Positions 51,603 to 64,000 of a stretch of 64,000 bases of DNA are shown one piece after another (the first letter of the stretch is position 1; the number at the start of each line of letters is the position of its first letter). Both the position numbers and the translations under genes were made by a program. The notes under the pieces were generated by a model. It saw only the letters and a list, made by a program, of their open reading frames with translations, searched no databases and had not been told where the DNA came from. The DNA is from Tubulanus polymorphus (Eukaryota > Animalia > Nemertea). The DNA lies in NCBI RefSeq assembly GCF_964204645.1, contig NC_134032.1, positions 1,358,316 through 1,422,315 on the forward strand, written 5' to 3'.

Positions 51603-51679
51603 CTGTAGGGAGAGAAGAACGCTGAATGCAGCAACTCTGTAAGAGACTGCGATCGAGGCTTCCACTTAGAAAGTCTGAC

Positions 51680-51891
51680 CTTATTAGTGACGTTGTAGTC
51701 GTTATTACTGGTGATATTAGCCGAGTGATCTCCCGGATTCAGGGATCTCACATATTTCCAGCTGATCGTGTTACAGTCACGAGGAACTGGATTCATATGG
51801 TACGACGCCTTCATCGTGTAGTCCTTGGTCCCTAGTTTCAAAGCGACCGCAGCGTTACCTGGCGGCGAAACCGACGGTCTTTCCGGATCAA
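51680..51891 (-). CDS. Ig-superfamily gene exon 7: first half of an atypical Ig3
   Basis: Acceptor ctctcttatag, donor AAG|gtcaga (phase 1 to 0). (F)DPERPSVSPP...YTMKASYHMNPVPRDCNTISWKY... Confidence 0.82.
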
Positions 51892-51921
51892 CTATAAGAG
51901 AGTACAAGATAGATTGATAGT

Positions 51922-52505
51922 AGATGTGAGGGGAGGAGAGAGGTGACATGCGAGGGGAGGGGAGAGGTGATATGTGAGGGGACGGGTGGGTTGACATGTG
52001 AGGGGTGGGGAGAGGTGATATGTGAGGGGTGGGGTGGGTTGACATGTGAGGGGAGGGGAGAGGTGATATGTGAGGGGACGGGTGGGTTGACATGTGAGGG
52101 GTGGGGAGAGGTGATATGTGAGGGGTGGGGTGGGTTGACATGTGAGGGGAGGGGAGAGGTGACATGTGAGGGGACGGGAGAGGTGACATGTAAGGGGAGG
52201 GGAGAGGTGACATGAGAGGGGACGGGTGGGTTGACATGTGAGGGGAGGGGAGAGGTGACATGTGAGGGGACGGGAGAGGTGACATGTAAGGGGAGGGGAG
52301 AGGTGACATGAGAGGGGACGGGTGGGTTGACATGTGAGGGGACGGGAGAGGTGACATGTAAGGGGAGGGGAGAGGTGACATGAGAGGGGACGGGTGGGTT
52401 GACATGTGAGGGGAGGGGAGAGGTGACATGTGAGGGGAGGGGAGAGGTGACATGTGAGGGGAGGGGTGGGTTGACATGTGAGGGGAGGGGGCGGGTTGAC
52501 AGGGG
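51922..52505. repeat. 24-bp G-rich minisatellite filling an Ig-gene intron
   Basis: Unit GACATGTGAGGGGAGGGGAGAGGT and variants. Confidence 0.92.
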
Positions 52506-52533
52506 TCCTGTCAAAATTGAGGCAGTAACTTAC

Positions 52534-52700
52534 ATAAGACCTCAAGTTTTAACGTCACATTTCCCTGTTGCTGGGGTCGAAATGGCGCATGCGCGTCGAG
52601 CTGATTGGCCACGCACGTGATCAGATTTCCGTTATCTTCGGTGATGAAACGGTCACTGGAGGTCGTCATGTTAAAATACGCGGCCTTCGGGCATCCTAAC
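52534..52700 (-). CDS. Ig-superfamily gene exon 6: second half of Ig2 (C2-like)
   Basis: Acceptor gttgttttag, donor T|gtaagt (phase 2 to 1). LGCPK...EDNGNLITCVANQ...NVTLKLEVL. Confidence 0.85.
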
Positions 52701-53100
52701 CTAAAACAACGACGAGCCCACAGAGAGAGAGACAATGAGTCAGTTAGGACATGATACTTGAAGGGCAACTGGCCTCATCACGCGTGATTGATCATATGAC
52801 GTCACATGCGGTAACAAAGATGTACAATTATGTCAAGTTGCGAAAATACTTCCATATTCGCTAAAATGTTCGCTGATTGGTCCATTCTAATGGAAAATTC
52901 GACAAAAGTCTAATGTCGTTTGTTACAATACAATGCTGTAATTGGCCCGTCTGGATTCTGGTCGGCTGGTAAAGGCCCCAAAGAGTCGTGAGGTCAATTG
53001 GTTCGGGGAACAGTTTTAGCTTGGTGGGTTCGAAGTGAAGATGCTGAAGATACTGAGGTTGCGATATAAACGGGTTTTGACCGGTAGTATATTTACTCAC

Positions 53101-53335
53101 ACATTGTTACACACAATCTCCGCGTGACTGTCTGACTCAATATCCGACACGTGACGATCACCGATAAAAAATAGCATCGACGCAATGTTTTTATACGACT
53201 CGGCGCCGCATTCCAGTTCGATCGGAGCCGACCTACTCGCCGCCCTGGTGTCGTAAGTGATCAAACTGTCCGGGGCGAGGTTGATCGGATCGTTGACGTC
53301 AGTTACATTTCTCCAAGCTACGATAGCAGGGGGCG
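53101..53335 (-). CDS. Ig-superfamily gene exon 5: first half of Ig2
   Basis: Acceptor tcatacag, donor GT|gtgagt (phase 1 to 2). (A)PPAIVAWRNV...APIELECGAESY...EIVCNN. Confidence 0.85.
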
Positions 53336-53427
53336 CTGTATGATAATAAATACATTCACGCAAATGATACGCAAATCAACGAGGAATTAAAGTGTTTTAC
53401 ACTGGCAATGATGATTTAAATCTTTAC

Positions 53428-53517
53428 CGAGAATGATTAATTCATTAATCTCCTCTAATGTCCCAGACGAATCCTTTTCTAAGCACGTATAGTTCCCAAC
53501 ATCGGCCGCGGTCAAAT
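53428..53517 (-). CDS. Ig-superfamily gene exon 4: end of Ig1
   Basis: Acceptor ttctggtttcag, donor G|gtaaag (phase 1 to 1). (N)LTAADVGNYTCLEKDSSGTLEEINELIIL contains the D-x-G-x-Y-x-C motif. Confidence 0.88.
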
Positions 53518-53894
53518 CTGAAACCAGAAATGTAAATAGTTGACGCAGATACCGCACGAGCAGGGGGCCGATCTATGGGCTGATTTGGAAGTGGGTATCT
53601 AAAAAGGCACCCATGGGAAAACATGGTCTTCATATGCTAGAAAATTCGTAGAATATTCGAAGTTATGATTTCGAATTTTAGAAAACTTAAATTTATTCTA
53701 AATATAGATGTGCATTATTCACGAAGATAAGTTTCATTTGACATTATATTCAAATCTATGAAATATCCCTAGAAATTCAGTTTCATTCGTATTACTGAAA
53801 ATTGAAACATTTTTGTTGATGAAATGAAAGAGGGAAAAATTTGATGGACTGATGAAGCCTGCAGGTTCCACAAATCAACCCTGTTGCGCCCCTG

Positions 53895-55625
53895 GGCCCG
53901 GTTTCACGAACGGGGATAAACTTTTAATTCGAATTAGGTGATAAGTCGAATTAAAATGTTTTAATCCGATTAGTTGATTCGAGGATTAAATGTTACTCAA
54001 ACGCGAATTAGCGAAAAATTCACTTATTTGAATTATCTCCGAAGTTCATTCCGAATTAGCTTCCTTTGAATTCTTTCTCCAATGAGATTTTCAATAAATT
54101 CGAAAAATAGTCTTATATCACAAATATCTACATTATTGGTATTGTCAACCAATTTGAGTTTTGTCGTTGTTTGCGTGACATTGACCAGAGTTGAAACGAA
54201 CTGGGACAACAGTTTGTTATGGGGAGAGAAACCGAAATTAAGGTCACCACTGACGTAGGAATTGAAGTGTGAATTCTATGTCCACGCAGTGTAATAAATA
54301 CAATCTCGCAATTTGACTTAATCCTAAATTGTAACATTAGGTTACTTTAGCCGATGATTACACGAGACAATATTCTAATTAAAGGGCGATTTATATTTAT
54401 GACAATTCGATCTTTCAAAACAGTTGAATTGGAAAATATTCGGATGTTTTTTTAGAAGATTACACAAACAGTTATCCATGTATATTCGGGCATAATACCG
54501 ATATTATATATATATCAAACACTCGGTTACCCCTGTACAAATTTCCACTAGATCTACTAGGTTTTTTGATGGCATATAATGGCTTGTTAAATTATTATCT
54601 TTCCTATGATAAATCCACGGATTCATCGCATCCAAATCGCAACATATCAATATCCGACTTATAACTGATATGTTCGTCTAATCAGCCGTTTGTAGATAAA
54701 AAATATCGCTTACAGAAGAAACTGTTTTGATATCGAGTTGTTCCGTTGAAGTGACCGATTGAAAAAGCCGCCATCTTGATTTCGATTAATTAAACGACAC
54801 AACGTTGTTTAAAATATATGTTCAGTTTGCAATTGCGAAAATTACATCACAGTTAAACATCTTATCGATAGTTTCCATCGGAATGATAATTCCTCGTAAA
54901 GACGGGTTGATTTACGGAGAATGAGGCCCTGAAGTTTTCCCCCGAGAGACGGCTTTTGGCGACATCCAGACTGTGAACCAGAACTCCAGTGTGGAGTATT
55001 GGTAGAGTCTCCCGAACGTTGGTCAATGGATGGCCACTTACGTGTGAGTATGGCAAGTTCTATGGCACTCCATATGAACTAACGTCTCCTCGGTAAACAA
55101 TCAGACTGGTTGCGGGTTTTAACTAGTCAAAAACTCTTAATAAGAAGCGTTTTTCGTGATTTTTTTCGCGTTTCAACACTTAAACAAATCTTGAATAAAG
55201 GGTATCCTCCGTGCTCGTGGAGAAGGAATTAACGTAAATATTTCTGAGAATCTATTGTTTATCGTCACCGTTGACGGCGCGGGGCAAAACACTGCTTCAA
55301 CCCGGTTTTATAGACTATTATTAACTTTAACCCCGGTCTTATGATAAATATCTTCGTTATTGGTATCGTCAATCAATTTGAGTTTTGTCGTTTTTTTTGT
55401 GTTCCAGTCGTGCAGTAGCCCATTTTCGTAGTAACTAATTCGAATCAGCTGATTTAATCCCGCTCCGAAGAACCGTAGCAGGATTAGATTTTCGGGTTAA
55501 ACTAATTCGATTTTAAGTTAATTCACGTTTGTGAAACGGGCTTCGAAAATAAACCTCAAACTTCTAAATCGAATTAGCCATTTAACCCGAATTAGAGGCT
55601 AAATCCCCGTTCGTGAAAGCGGGCC
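53895..55625. mobile_element. 1.7-kb non-autonomous Harbinger-like element in an Ig-gene intron
   Basis: ctg-GGCCCGGTTTCACGAACGGGGAT ... ATCCCCGTTCGTGAAAGCGGGCC-ctg; no recognisable transposase inside. Confidence 0.7.
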
Positions 55626-55750
55626 CTGAGGTGTGAAACCGCTTGGGGCACGAGGGGGGGGCACGAGGGGGGGCACGAGGGGGGGGGGGGGCACGAGGGG
55701 GGGCACGAGGGGGGGGGGAACGCCGCATTCATAGCGAGATTACTACTTAC

Positions 55751-55913
55751 TTTTTATTGAGAGTTCATAACCGCTAGAGGGCGTGCCTGTCACATTGAAT
55801 CGATTGTTGTTAGCTAGTTCGGGTACTAACTTGTCGCCTTTTGAAATCAAATTATTTTCGCCTTCCATCAAAGATTTCACCCACGATATGTCTGTGCTTC
55901 TATTAGTCTTGCC
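55751..55913 (-). CDS. Ig-superfamily gene exon 3: core of V-set Ig1
   Basis: Acceptor cgtatatag, donor A|gtaagt (phase 0 to 1). GKTNRSTDISWVK...NNRFNVTGTPSSGYELSIK. Confidence 0.88.
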
Positions 55914-55958
55914 CTATATACGAAATACACGAGCCTTGTGACTTTCAGATAAAGAACA

Positions 55959-56464
55959 CTACTGTCTGTCACACATGCTCTTCGTGCGACGTTTTGGTCC
56001 GTAATTTCGTTCATAATCGGTTGATCTGTAAATATTATGCATCAATTTGTTCAGTAAGGAATTTGCATTCAGAAATAAATCATGAACTGGCAGAAATTTG
56101 TTTGTGTTTTCTTCTATCAGCGATAGTTTACCTAGCATACGCTCGCGTAATGCTGAAAAACGGCTTGTATGGCCCGTCACGTAGCGCCACCTACTGTATT
56201 TTGATATGCTAATGAGCAGGTGATGACGTCACTGTAACGTTTCCGAGCGTCCGCGGAGCGGATTTTTCAGCATTACGCGAGCGTATGCTGAGTAAACTAA
56301 CACTCATAAATGAAAACAAAAACAACTTAAGTGAAAATTGTTGTTTATTTCTGAATGCAAATTCCTCACTGAACAAATTGATGCATAATAAAGGTAGATA
56401 AACCGATTATTAACGAAATTACGGACCAAAACGTCGCACGGAGAGTAGGTGTGACAGACAGTAG
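55959..56464. mobile_element. Fold-back element with about 200-bp imperfect inverted arms
   Basis: CTACTGTCTGTCACAC...GTGTGACAGACAGTAG; arms pair over 55959-56160 / 56263-56464. Confidence 0.75.
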
Positions 56465-56632
56465 GTGAGGGCCTCTTACGACGGATCCCTCTGAAGTCTC
56501 CGCAAGTAGTTAAAAGATACCGATGCTCAGTGCGTAAAGGATTTGCAAAAGAATGGATATAGGCGCAAACAAGTTTGATTCGATTCGTGTTGCGCCCTGA
56601 CGCGCCGCTGCGGTTTTGTCACCGATACTTAC

Positions 56633-56697
56633 ACAACGAAATGACACATCTTCGCCAAGATTTTTCAAACTCCTTAAACTGTGAACAAAATGAACAC
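56633..56697 (-). CDS. Ig-superfamily gene exon 2: start of Ig1
   Basis: Acceptor attttcag, donor TGT|gtaagt (phase 1 to 0). (G)VHFVHSLRSLKNLGEDVSFRC. Confidence 0.82.
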
Positions 56698-57522
56698 CTG
56701 AAAATATTTCAAATCAAATAAAGACAAATCAGTTCAAACAAACAGCCATAGGACCACATCACGAGAGTTTGGGCGCCCAAAAACGCATCTTGTCTTCGAC
56801 GATTTTCCACTATGAGAGGCACTGGAGTGGAATTTGTCAACTGTTATGATTCTTGCCCGATACAAAAAAAATCCAGGCCGCGCCAATAGAAACCAGACAA
56901 ATATATGTTACAATGTTGCTCAAGTGGCCCGCGCTGAAGAAGGCCTCTTGGTTTTATCAACCATTCTGCTTTGATCTTGAGACCTTGTTTTTCAACCCAT
57001 AAATAATGAATAATCTTTGTGAACCTAATCGTATAAAACGGTCGAGGTTCACGATATGCGTGGTATATGAAGCTACTATTGTAGCGATAGCTTGTAAATA
57101 TCACCATCAAACTACTATTTATCATTCCTCTTCTTAGATTAGACTTATAATAATGGATGGATTTTAATTGAATCGGAGAATCAATCTACCATCGTTGTCC
57201 GAACGCGCACTTTTATACACGCGGTGGATCCTCGCCTGCCACAGGCGGAATCCTCGATTACCGCGATGAACGAGTAGAGTTAATTGAAAAAGCAACTTTT
57301 CGCTAAAAGGCCCAATTGGGATCGAAGTAATCGTTTTCTGGATGCTGGTTGCTTATTTTTTTAATTAGACCTAAAGCAAACTAACAAGTGAAAAACCGGC
57401 GCCAACAAAACACTCCAAAATCTGCTGAACTGATTATGTCTAAGCCTAATTAATTACACCCCTAATACTCTTACACCCCCCTCACCCCACCTGGTTATTG
57501 AGATTGAATTAAAACATCTTAC

Positions 57523-57577
57523 CACGATCAAGAAAACTGACACATAAAACCAAGAAACATAGATTAAGAAAATTCAT
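57523..57577 (-). CDS. Ig-superfamily gene exon 1: signal peptide
   Basis: ATG at 57577, MNFLNLCFLVLCVSFLDR, donor G|gtaaga (phase 1). Confidence 0.75.
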
Positions 57578-58074
57578 CGTGCGTGACTATAGTCCTCAGA
57601 ACAACACCAGTTCTATTATAACTGTGCTAGCCTGCTGGTTATATCTGTGGCAGTCTCTGCGCTTTGATATCTTATCGTCAAGTCATTTTGGCGGCTCTAT
57701 TTATTATCAAAAAAAGAACTCGTCGCGATAAGAACAAATGAGATCATTTTTCTGTGTTTACTGGCGAAGGGGAACGACGAGCAAGGTGATAATAATTTAT
57801 AGCCAGATAAAACTGTCGCGAGGTTTCGTGAACGGAGGACGCTTTAACGAACTCTGGGACGCTGTTTAAACACACAAAACACTGAGTTTCCAGGACCCAG
57901 TTCCACAGTTGTGAGTTAGAGTTAACTCTGAGTTAAAGTTAGTTCATTTTCGATGTGTCAACTCAGAGTCAAATCTTAACTCAGGACTGTGGAACTGGAC
58001 CCAAATAGAAAAACGTGGTGAAAACCCTGATTAGGACCACGTAACCCGTGCATAAACAGGCAACTGTGTTTAGG

Positions 58075-58366
<292 letters not shown>

Positions 58367-60917
58367 AAATTGAATTGGGTCAATACCTATGACAATGTAG
58401 CAAATGGGATTTAGTGTAAGGTCAGAATGCGTCACAAGGATTAGATCGTGTAATGTACAGAATATCACTATACATTCGGCCGTGATAGAAACGAAAAAGA
58501 TGGTTGAGTTTTGAGGCAGCGATGACGGATTCTTGCCGTTACTCAGTCGGTCCTTGGACCAAAACGGAAGAAAGTCACATTTGGTAAGTATGTAGCTGTT
58601 TTTTTTTGTTACATTTAGACCTCCGCGAAGTGAAATTCTTTGACCCGAGCTGCGCCAACAGTGTTGTCAATTATGAACTTATTGGTGAGTTAATCTAGGG
58701 GCGTCTCCGAGATGGACCCAAAATGCGGAGCGTTTATCGCCGTAACAGCTCAAATTCAATCATCTACACGGAGTTGGAATCATGTTTGAATGACCTACTG
58801 GTTTAGATGTCGTTAACAAAAACAATTGACTGAAACTGGTTGGTCTAGTAATTACAGCCCTAAACCAAATGTAGGCTTATTGCCTAGAATGCAATAATGT
58901 AATCGAAAATCTAAGTATCACTTTACATTTTCCTGTATAGAAAGAATTTTGTCTTATCCTGAAATATTGAATGTATTGTCCCTCTTATATATATATAACT
59001 CAGCAACGGCGTTAGTCTTACACCCGTCGTCCCGTGTGGCGTGAAAATCGTCGACAAATTTGAAGCGAAAAATCATTTCTCGCAAAAGCTTGGCAATCCC
59101 TTTAAAACCTACGAATTGAATGGTATATTTATAGATTCTAAGATGACGACTTAATTTTTGAACCCCTCGAAACGAATAGCGAAGGTAATAGCGAGGCGCT
59201 AAACTCGTTAAAGATTATCCGTCATTTTGGGACGAGATATCGCCACAATAGAGGAAAATGAAGCGCAATGAAATCAATGACAGCGAAAAATCAACAAGAT
59301 TTAAATTTTAAATCGAATAAGGCGGCTTTTTGCGCTTAGTTCCTCAAATATTTGAATTCTTTTCAAATATTAGTTTGAGAAAATTACGTACCCGGGCGCA
59401 CCAAAAATTGGCCCCAGTTTTTGATTTCGCTCTCATGTCGCATGTGGTTTAATGCCTGGTTTAATACCCGAAGTTATCGTATCGTAATTGCACCAATAAC
59501 GAAGGCAGATCTGGGGCCGATTCCTCAGTGGAGACTCAAGTCCAAAAATGGCCTTGAATCTTTAGACTGGTCTTAAGTTGTTAGATTGGCTATAGAACTT
59601 AAATGGTCTTAAATTGGTCTTAAGTCTAAGCCATGACTATGGAACTGGGCCCTGGCTAATAGGTTGCCTTGTCGTTTCACAAGTCTTCGTTGCTAGGTCG
59701 CAAACGTTGGTTTTAGTAGGATTTTCCCAGCTATCAGTTCGTGTGTTTTTATACATTTGCTGATGTTCTACTTCTTATTGTTTGCTGTTCCAGAATTCGT
59801 CTGGGCGAGACTTCAAAATATTTACGAGTGAAGCACAACAGAAGAATTCAATAGACTTGTACGACATCACCACAGGAAGCCAATCTATGGAAAACTCATC
59901 CCGGTATCACATCGCGCGCATTTGTAGATATCGAAAAGGCATCGATGGGAATATTGCATGGAAACTCCTAGAACAACATGATATCTCAGGTAAAATCTGA
60001 TCTAAGATCACTTAAGAACGCTCAACATGCCGAGTGAACCACAATTTATAGCATTTTCGCCGAATTCTTCGGGTACAAACTGGGATGAGACAAGGCTGTC
60101 TCTTGTGCCCCGTTTCGTTTTCTGATGGCGTTAGATTGGGCCATGACCGAAACAACCAGATTAACCCAATGGGACGGTAAGAGGACATTACTTCGCCATA
60201 TTATCTCATTTATTTAGATTTCTATCTTGTTCCATGCAAGACAAGACTTCGTCTCTGCATAAAACGGGGCGCAGAATCGGGATCGGGTCAATGTTCCTAA
60301 AAATAAGAACATTCGGATCATTCCCGAGTGCCGGTACTCCGTCGCCGCATGGAGCACGTCTTTGTGACATCCTGAAACTTGAGACGGCGCAACGCCGGGC
60401 AACTAACTAACCCTACTTTATTCAACCACTTCCTTATAGACAAAAACTCGAGCATCTAAATCTTCTAAGCTAGCCGAACAGTAGAACAATCTGTCTACCA
60501 ACATGGCGTCAAGGCGCAGTCTTCGCTAAGCTGTTTTAAATCACGGCTAGATCACAACAAGTAATCTACTGGTCAGGGCTTTTGTGCGTTTTAGCCTAAT
60601 GCCACAAACACGCTCCGTTTTTACGGCGTTATGTGGCACTGTGGTGACAGATGATAACCGATACCAAGGAAAATAGTGCTTAACTCCGGTTAAAGTCAGA
60701 GTAAGAATTTGAATGTGATCGCCGAAGACTGGGCCACCTTCGGTTATCTGAGTTAGTCGACTATAGTCGAACTAAACAAAACCGAATTTCAGTTTGTCGG
60801 AACTATATTCGGGAAATAGTTTCGAAATTAAGCGCAGTCCGTTATTAGTTCCGACCACTATAGTCGACTAGATGCGAAAACCGAATTTGGCACAGGTTGT
60901 TAGTAACTTCCCATAGA

Positions 60918-61213
60918 TTAACCCTTTCAGTGCTGACTAATCAATACCCTATAGTGCTGAAGATAATTTGAAAATTTTGAAAAATTCCACCCTAGTGTGT
61001 TGAAAAACGGGAATACCACTATAGTGCGTCTACACCGCGGTGCGGTGTATCGTTAGTTACTAATATTTCACTATGTTTGACAGGTGCTGCCATCTTTCAA
61101 GAGAGATTAAATCTAATTACTAATTACACCAATACACCGCAGTGCAGTGTACTAGTGAAATCCATCACCGATTTATACACCGCACTGCGGTGTAGACGCA
61201 CTGAAAGGGTTAT
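60918..61213 (+). mobile_element. piggyBac-like MITE, copy 7
   Basis: TTAA-CCCTTTCAGTGC...GCACTGAAAGGG-TTAT. Confidence 0.88.
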
Positions 61214-64000
61214 ATTGATGGGATGCATCGATTGAAGAAATTCACTATAGCTGTAAGACTGTATGTCGGGTTGCTCCACAATCCCGGGCTATTTTTAGTG
61301 TAGATTCGGTCAGACTTTGGTCACTTTTTTGACGAAGGGCTTGAACATGGATATAAAACGACCACCACTGGCCACTGTGTGTCGCGGTACAATTCCGAGA
61401 TAGATCTTTTCAAAATTCTGTCGCTCCCTTCCTTTGTTTTGTTCACCAGCGCGAATCAAACATATACGCAAAAGAATCCGTGTTTGTGACTGCGACAGAC
61501 ATCGATTTGAAGAGAGTATTTTGCACTGGATGATCCTCTTTACAGAAATCAGCGGTGATTTTCGCGACGACGGAAAAAAAAGCAAAAACGATCAGTTATA
61601 GTAATTATAGACAATGGATACAAGTGTTTAACGTGTTGACACTATCAGCACTCGAATGTGTCATCGAGTAAAGAGTATCATCAACTATAATCAACTAGCA
61701 TCAACTCATCTCAGCAAATATACATTCTACATTACCGTCCTTCCCCTTACCCCAAAACTATCGATCTTCTCTGACTATCATATCCAAGCATGGACGAAAA
61801 CGTTTTAGAGTCGATGATCCGAGCGACAAAAAAAAAAACAAAATGGTGGCGTTTTCAATCGTAGAAAAATAGGATTTAGTGTCTCGCGTTTGGATTGGTC
61901 TAGAGATTAGGATTTATGTTGTTTTTTAAGGGTTATAATTATAGGGTTCACAATGGATGATAGTGACCTATAATGGGCTATTAAAAGTTTGGTGATTACT
62001 TAGAATTGTGGCCATAAGAATAAGAAAGATCGCCTTCTGTTGCACAGTTCTCCCTTTCCACTCTCCATGTTCCCTTTTCATCTCTTCGAAAATCTGATTT
62101 TATCAGGGGTCACGACTGAACAAATGCCCTGGGTAGTCGAGCTTTAGTAAAGTACCTATATGTTTGAATCCTAAGACTTGTTGTTAGAATGACCCCCGAA
62201 TTTAGATAACACCGCAATGGACCTAATCAATTTGGACGGGTCTCAATTAATTTCGATAATAGGAATTAATTTCAGTTAAGAGACGAGATATTGTATATGA
62301 ATGTATATTAGACACGTTCGATCAGGCGATACTAAGACGTTTGAGTTCACGCTGCTGATAATACTCTGATGTCAGTCTGATGCTGCTGCTGCTGCTGCCG
62401 CTGCCGCTAATGCTGCTGCTGCTAGCTCAGACGAGAGACTGTAGCCTACGCGAACTCATCTCTTACAACATCGATAAAACACGGTTCTATCTCTCTATAT
62501 CTCGTAGCAAACGCTGTGTAATTAGGCTTTAAAACGCTCGTTGTTGTCTAGTTGTTCCGTGGCTTCTTAATACCGCTCGCTCGTTCGTTCGTTCGTTCGT
62601 TCGTTCCTTCCTACGAGATACGGAGAGCAAAAAAAAATTCATTTCGCGGTGGCCCTCAACTAATAGGATTAAACCGAAACTCTCTGGCCCAGCAGGCGCG
62701 TTTATCAGTCAGGATTTCTTACCATTCTCGACCTACCGTGAACAAGACAGGTAAGAAGATAAAATGCATTAAAGCCGTTCGTTTAAGAGGTTTTTCGTAT
62801 TCGTTTCTGGCTATTTCGAACCATATTAAAAGCTAATTTTACCTATTATCAATTTTCATTAATTGTTGATTTGATTGCGTTCGCCAATTGTCAAACATTT
62901 TGTAATTATCAATATTGCCCGCCCGAGGTTTCCGGCTCAAACCTAAGCCGATTCGTGACGAAACACCTTACCTCGCTCGAAATCGTAAAGCCTTCTTAAA
63001 TTCGTACCAGGAGCTCATTTATTTTTCGTGCTTATCGAAATAAGAAAGATATCGCGTGTTGGGAATCCTTGAAAGATGGGATAAATGTTTATTTAGTTGC
63101 GCGCGTGTATTTGGAGTTAATGAAAAATCCTCGCAAACCTCGAAGACCCTCATCTATATATCAAACCAGATTTAATCTTGCTCATCAAGACATAAAAAAG
63201 ATTCGGTAATCAATTTTGGTTTTCGACATGAAACAGCGTTTTTTTTTTAGAATGTTGGAGTAATCAGCAGTCTGATTACTTCAAGGTAGAATCAAGTGTT
63301 TCAGCCGATTTATAGGGACGCGTCAATATTGTTACTTAGGAAATGTCAAAATCATTTACATTGGGTAGACACAGAACGTGGGGTAGTTGTGAATTGGAAG
63401 CCTCATATTTGAGCTCCCATGCGTTGTGGCAGATATTCCTTTAAGGCGATCTAATCTAATAGGTTGTTAAGATGGCTGTCAATAGTTTACATGATAACCC
63501 GTGATCATCTTTTGAAGCGATAACGAAGTGAAAAAGCCATTTGTGAGAAGGTAACCGATTCTTGATTACATAAAGCGCAAGTCTCGGGTGCATGCTATTT
63601 AATGAAGTCATCATTTAAAATCGTGGGATTCGAGCCCGCATGAATTGTAGCTACCGCGACTAAAGAGCCGTTTTAGATCGGTTCCGAGGCCCGCTGCACC
63701 TATTCAAACTTCCAAGACGTCTGGTAAACTATTTCTTATCGTTTTAAGAGCATTTCTTCCGTTATCGATATAATCTAAAATAAGAATAAGATGATTGGAC
63801 AACGCACATCTTCAAACCCACGTTTTGTCCTGACCCATTTATGTTATTAGCTCTATCAATATTTCATAACCGGTTACATTAAACGTTTTAGAGTCTCTTA
63901 CAGATATAGAAAATCACATTGATGGAATTTTCTATGGCGCTATTGTACTTGTATTGTGTTTGGGTGTTGATGGAATTTTCGCGGGTCCCGCGCGGTTCTT

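Noticed and set aside
51599-52545. 200-290-aa Pro-rich ORFs
   Set aside because: Mostly the 24-bp intronic repeat; only 51680-51891 is supported as an exon.
54128-55056. Short ORFs inside the 1.7-kb TIR element as transposase remnants
   Set aside because: No DDE or Myb/SANT-like motifs recognised.
63620-63690. B-box-like GGGATTCGAGCCC suggesting a tRNA or SINE
   Set aside because: No cloverleaf or matching A box could be built.

Overview
Eukaryotic, intron-rich, CpG-undepleted DNA from an invertebrate animal (probably a spiralian; species not determinable here). Most ORFs in the supplied track are artefacts of tandem repeats. Two spliced genes were reconstructed by hand from GT-AG sites and phase continuity. 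(1) On the + strand is a Compass/defective proventriculus (dve)/SATB-family homeobox locus. It has two candidate alternative N-terminal exons (5576-5777, 25840-26005) and a shared ULD/COMPASS domain (30557-30784, 31891-32017). These are followed by two mutually exclusive, paralogous 3' cassettes that both accept the same phase-2 donor. Cassette A (33468-33579, 38462-40387) is a classical Dve: degenerate CUTL plus two K50 homeodomains, 852 aa. Cassette B (five exons, 44960-49540) has a strongly SATB-like CUTL, two divergent homeodomains and an AT-hook, 587 aa. (2) On the - strand (51120-57577) is a 9-exon, 401-aa gene with a signal peptide, three Ig domains and a GPI-type tail (IgLON/Lachesin/DIP-like), convergent with the first gene at a bidirectional poly(A) element. 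The introns contain Penelope-type minimal hammerhead ribozyme fold-backs, including a 711-bp palindromic hammerhead array inside the intron that splits a cassette-B homeodomain. They also contain a piggyBac-like TTAA MITE family, several Harbinger/Tourist-like CWG MITE families (some amplifying into satellites), a truncated LINE, CTCF-motif-like minisatellites and a dense TAATCC (K50 homeodomain site) cluster. All gene models are sequence-based predictions without transcript support.
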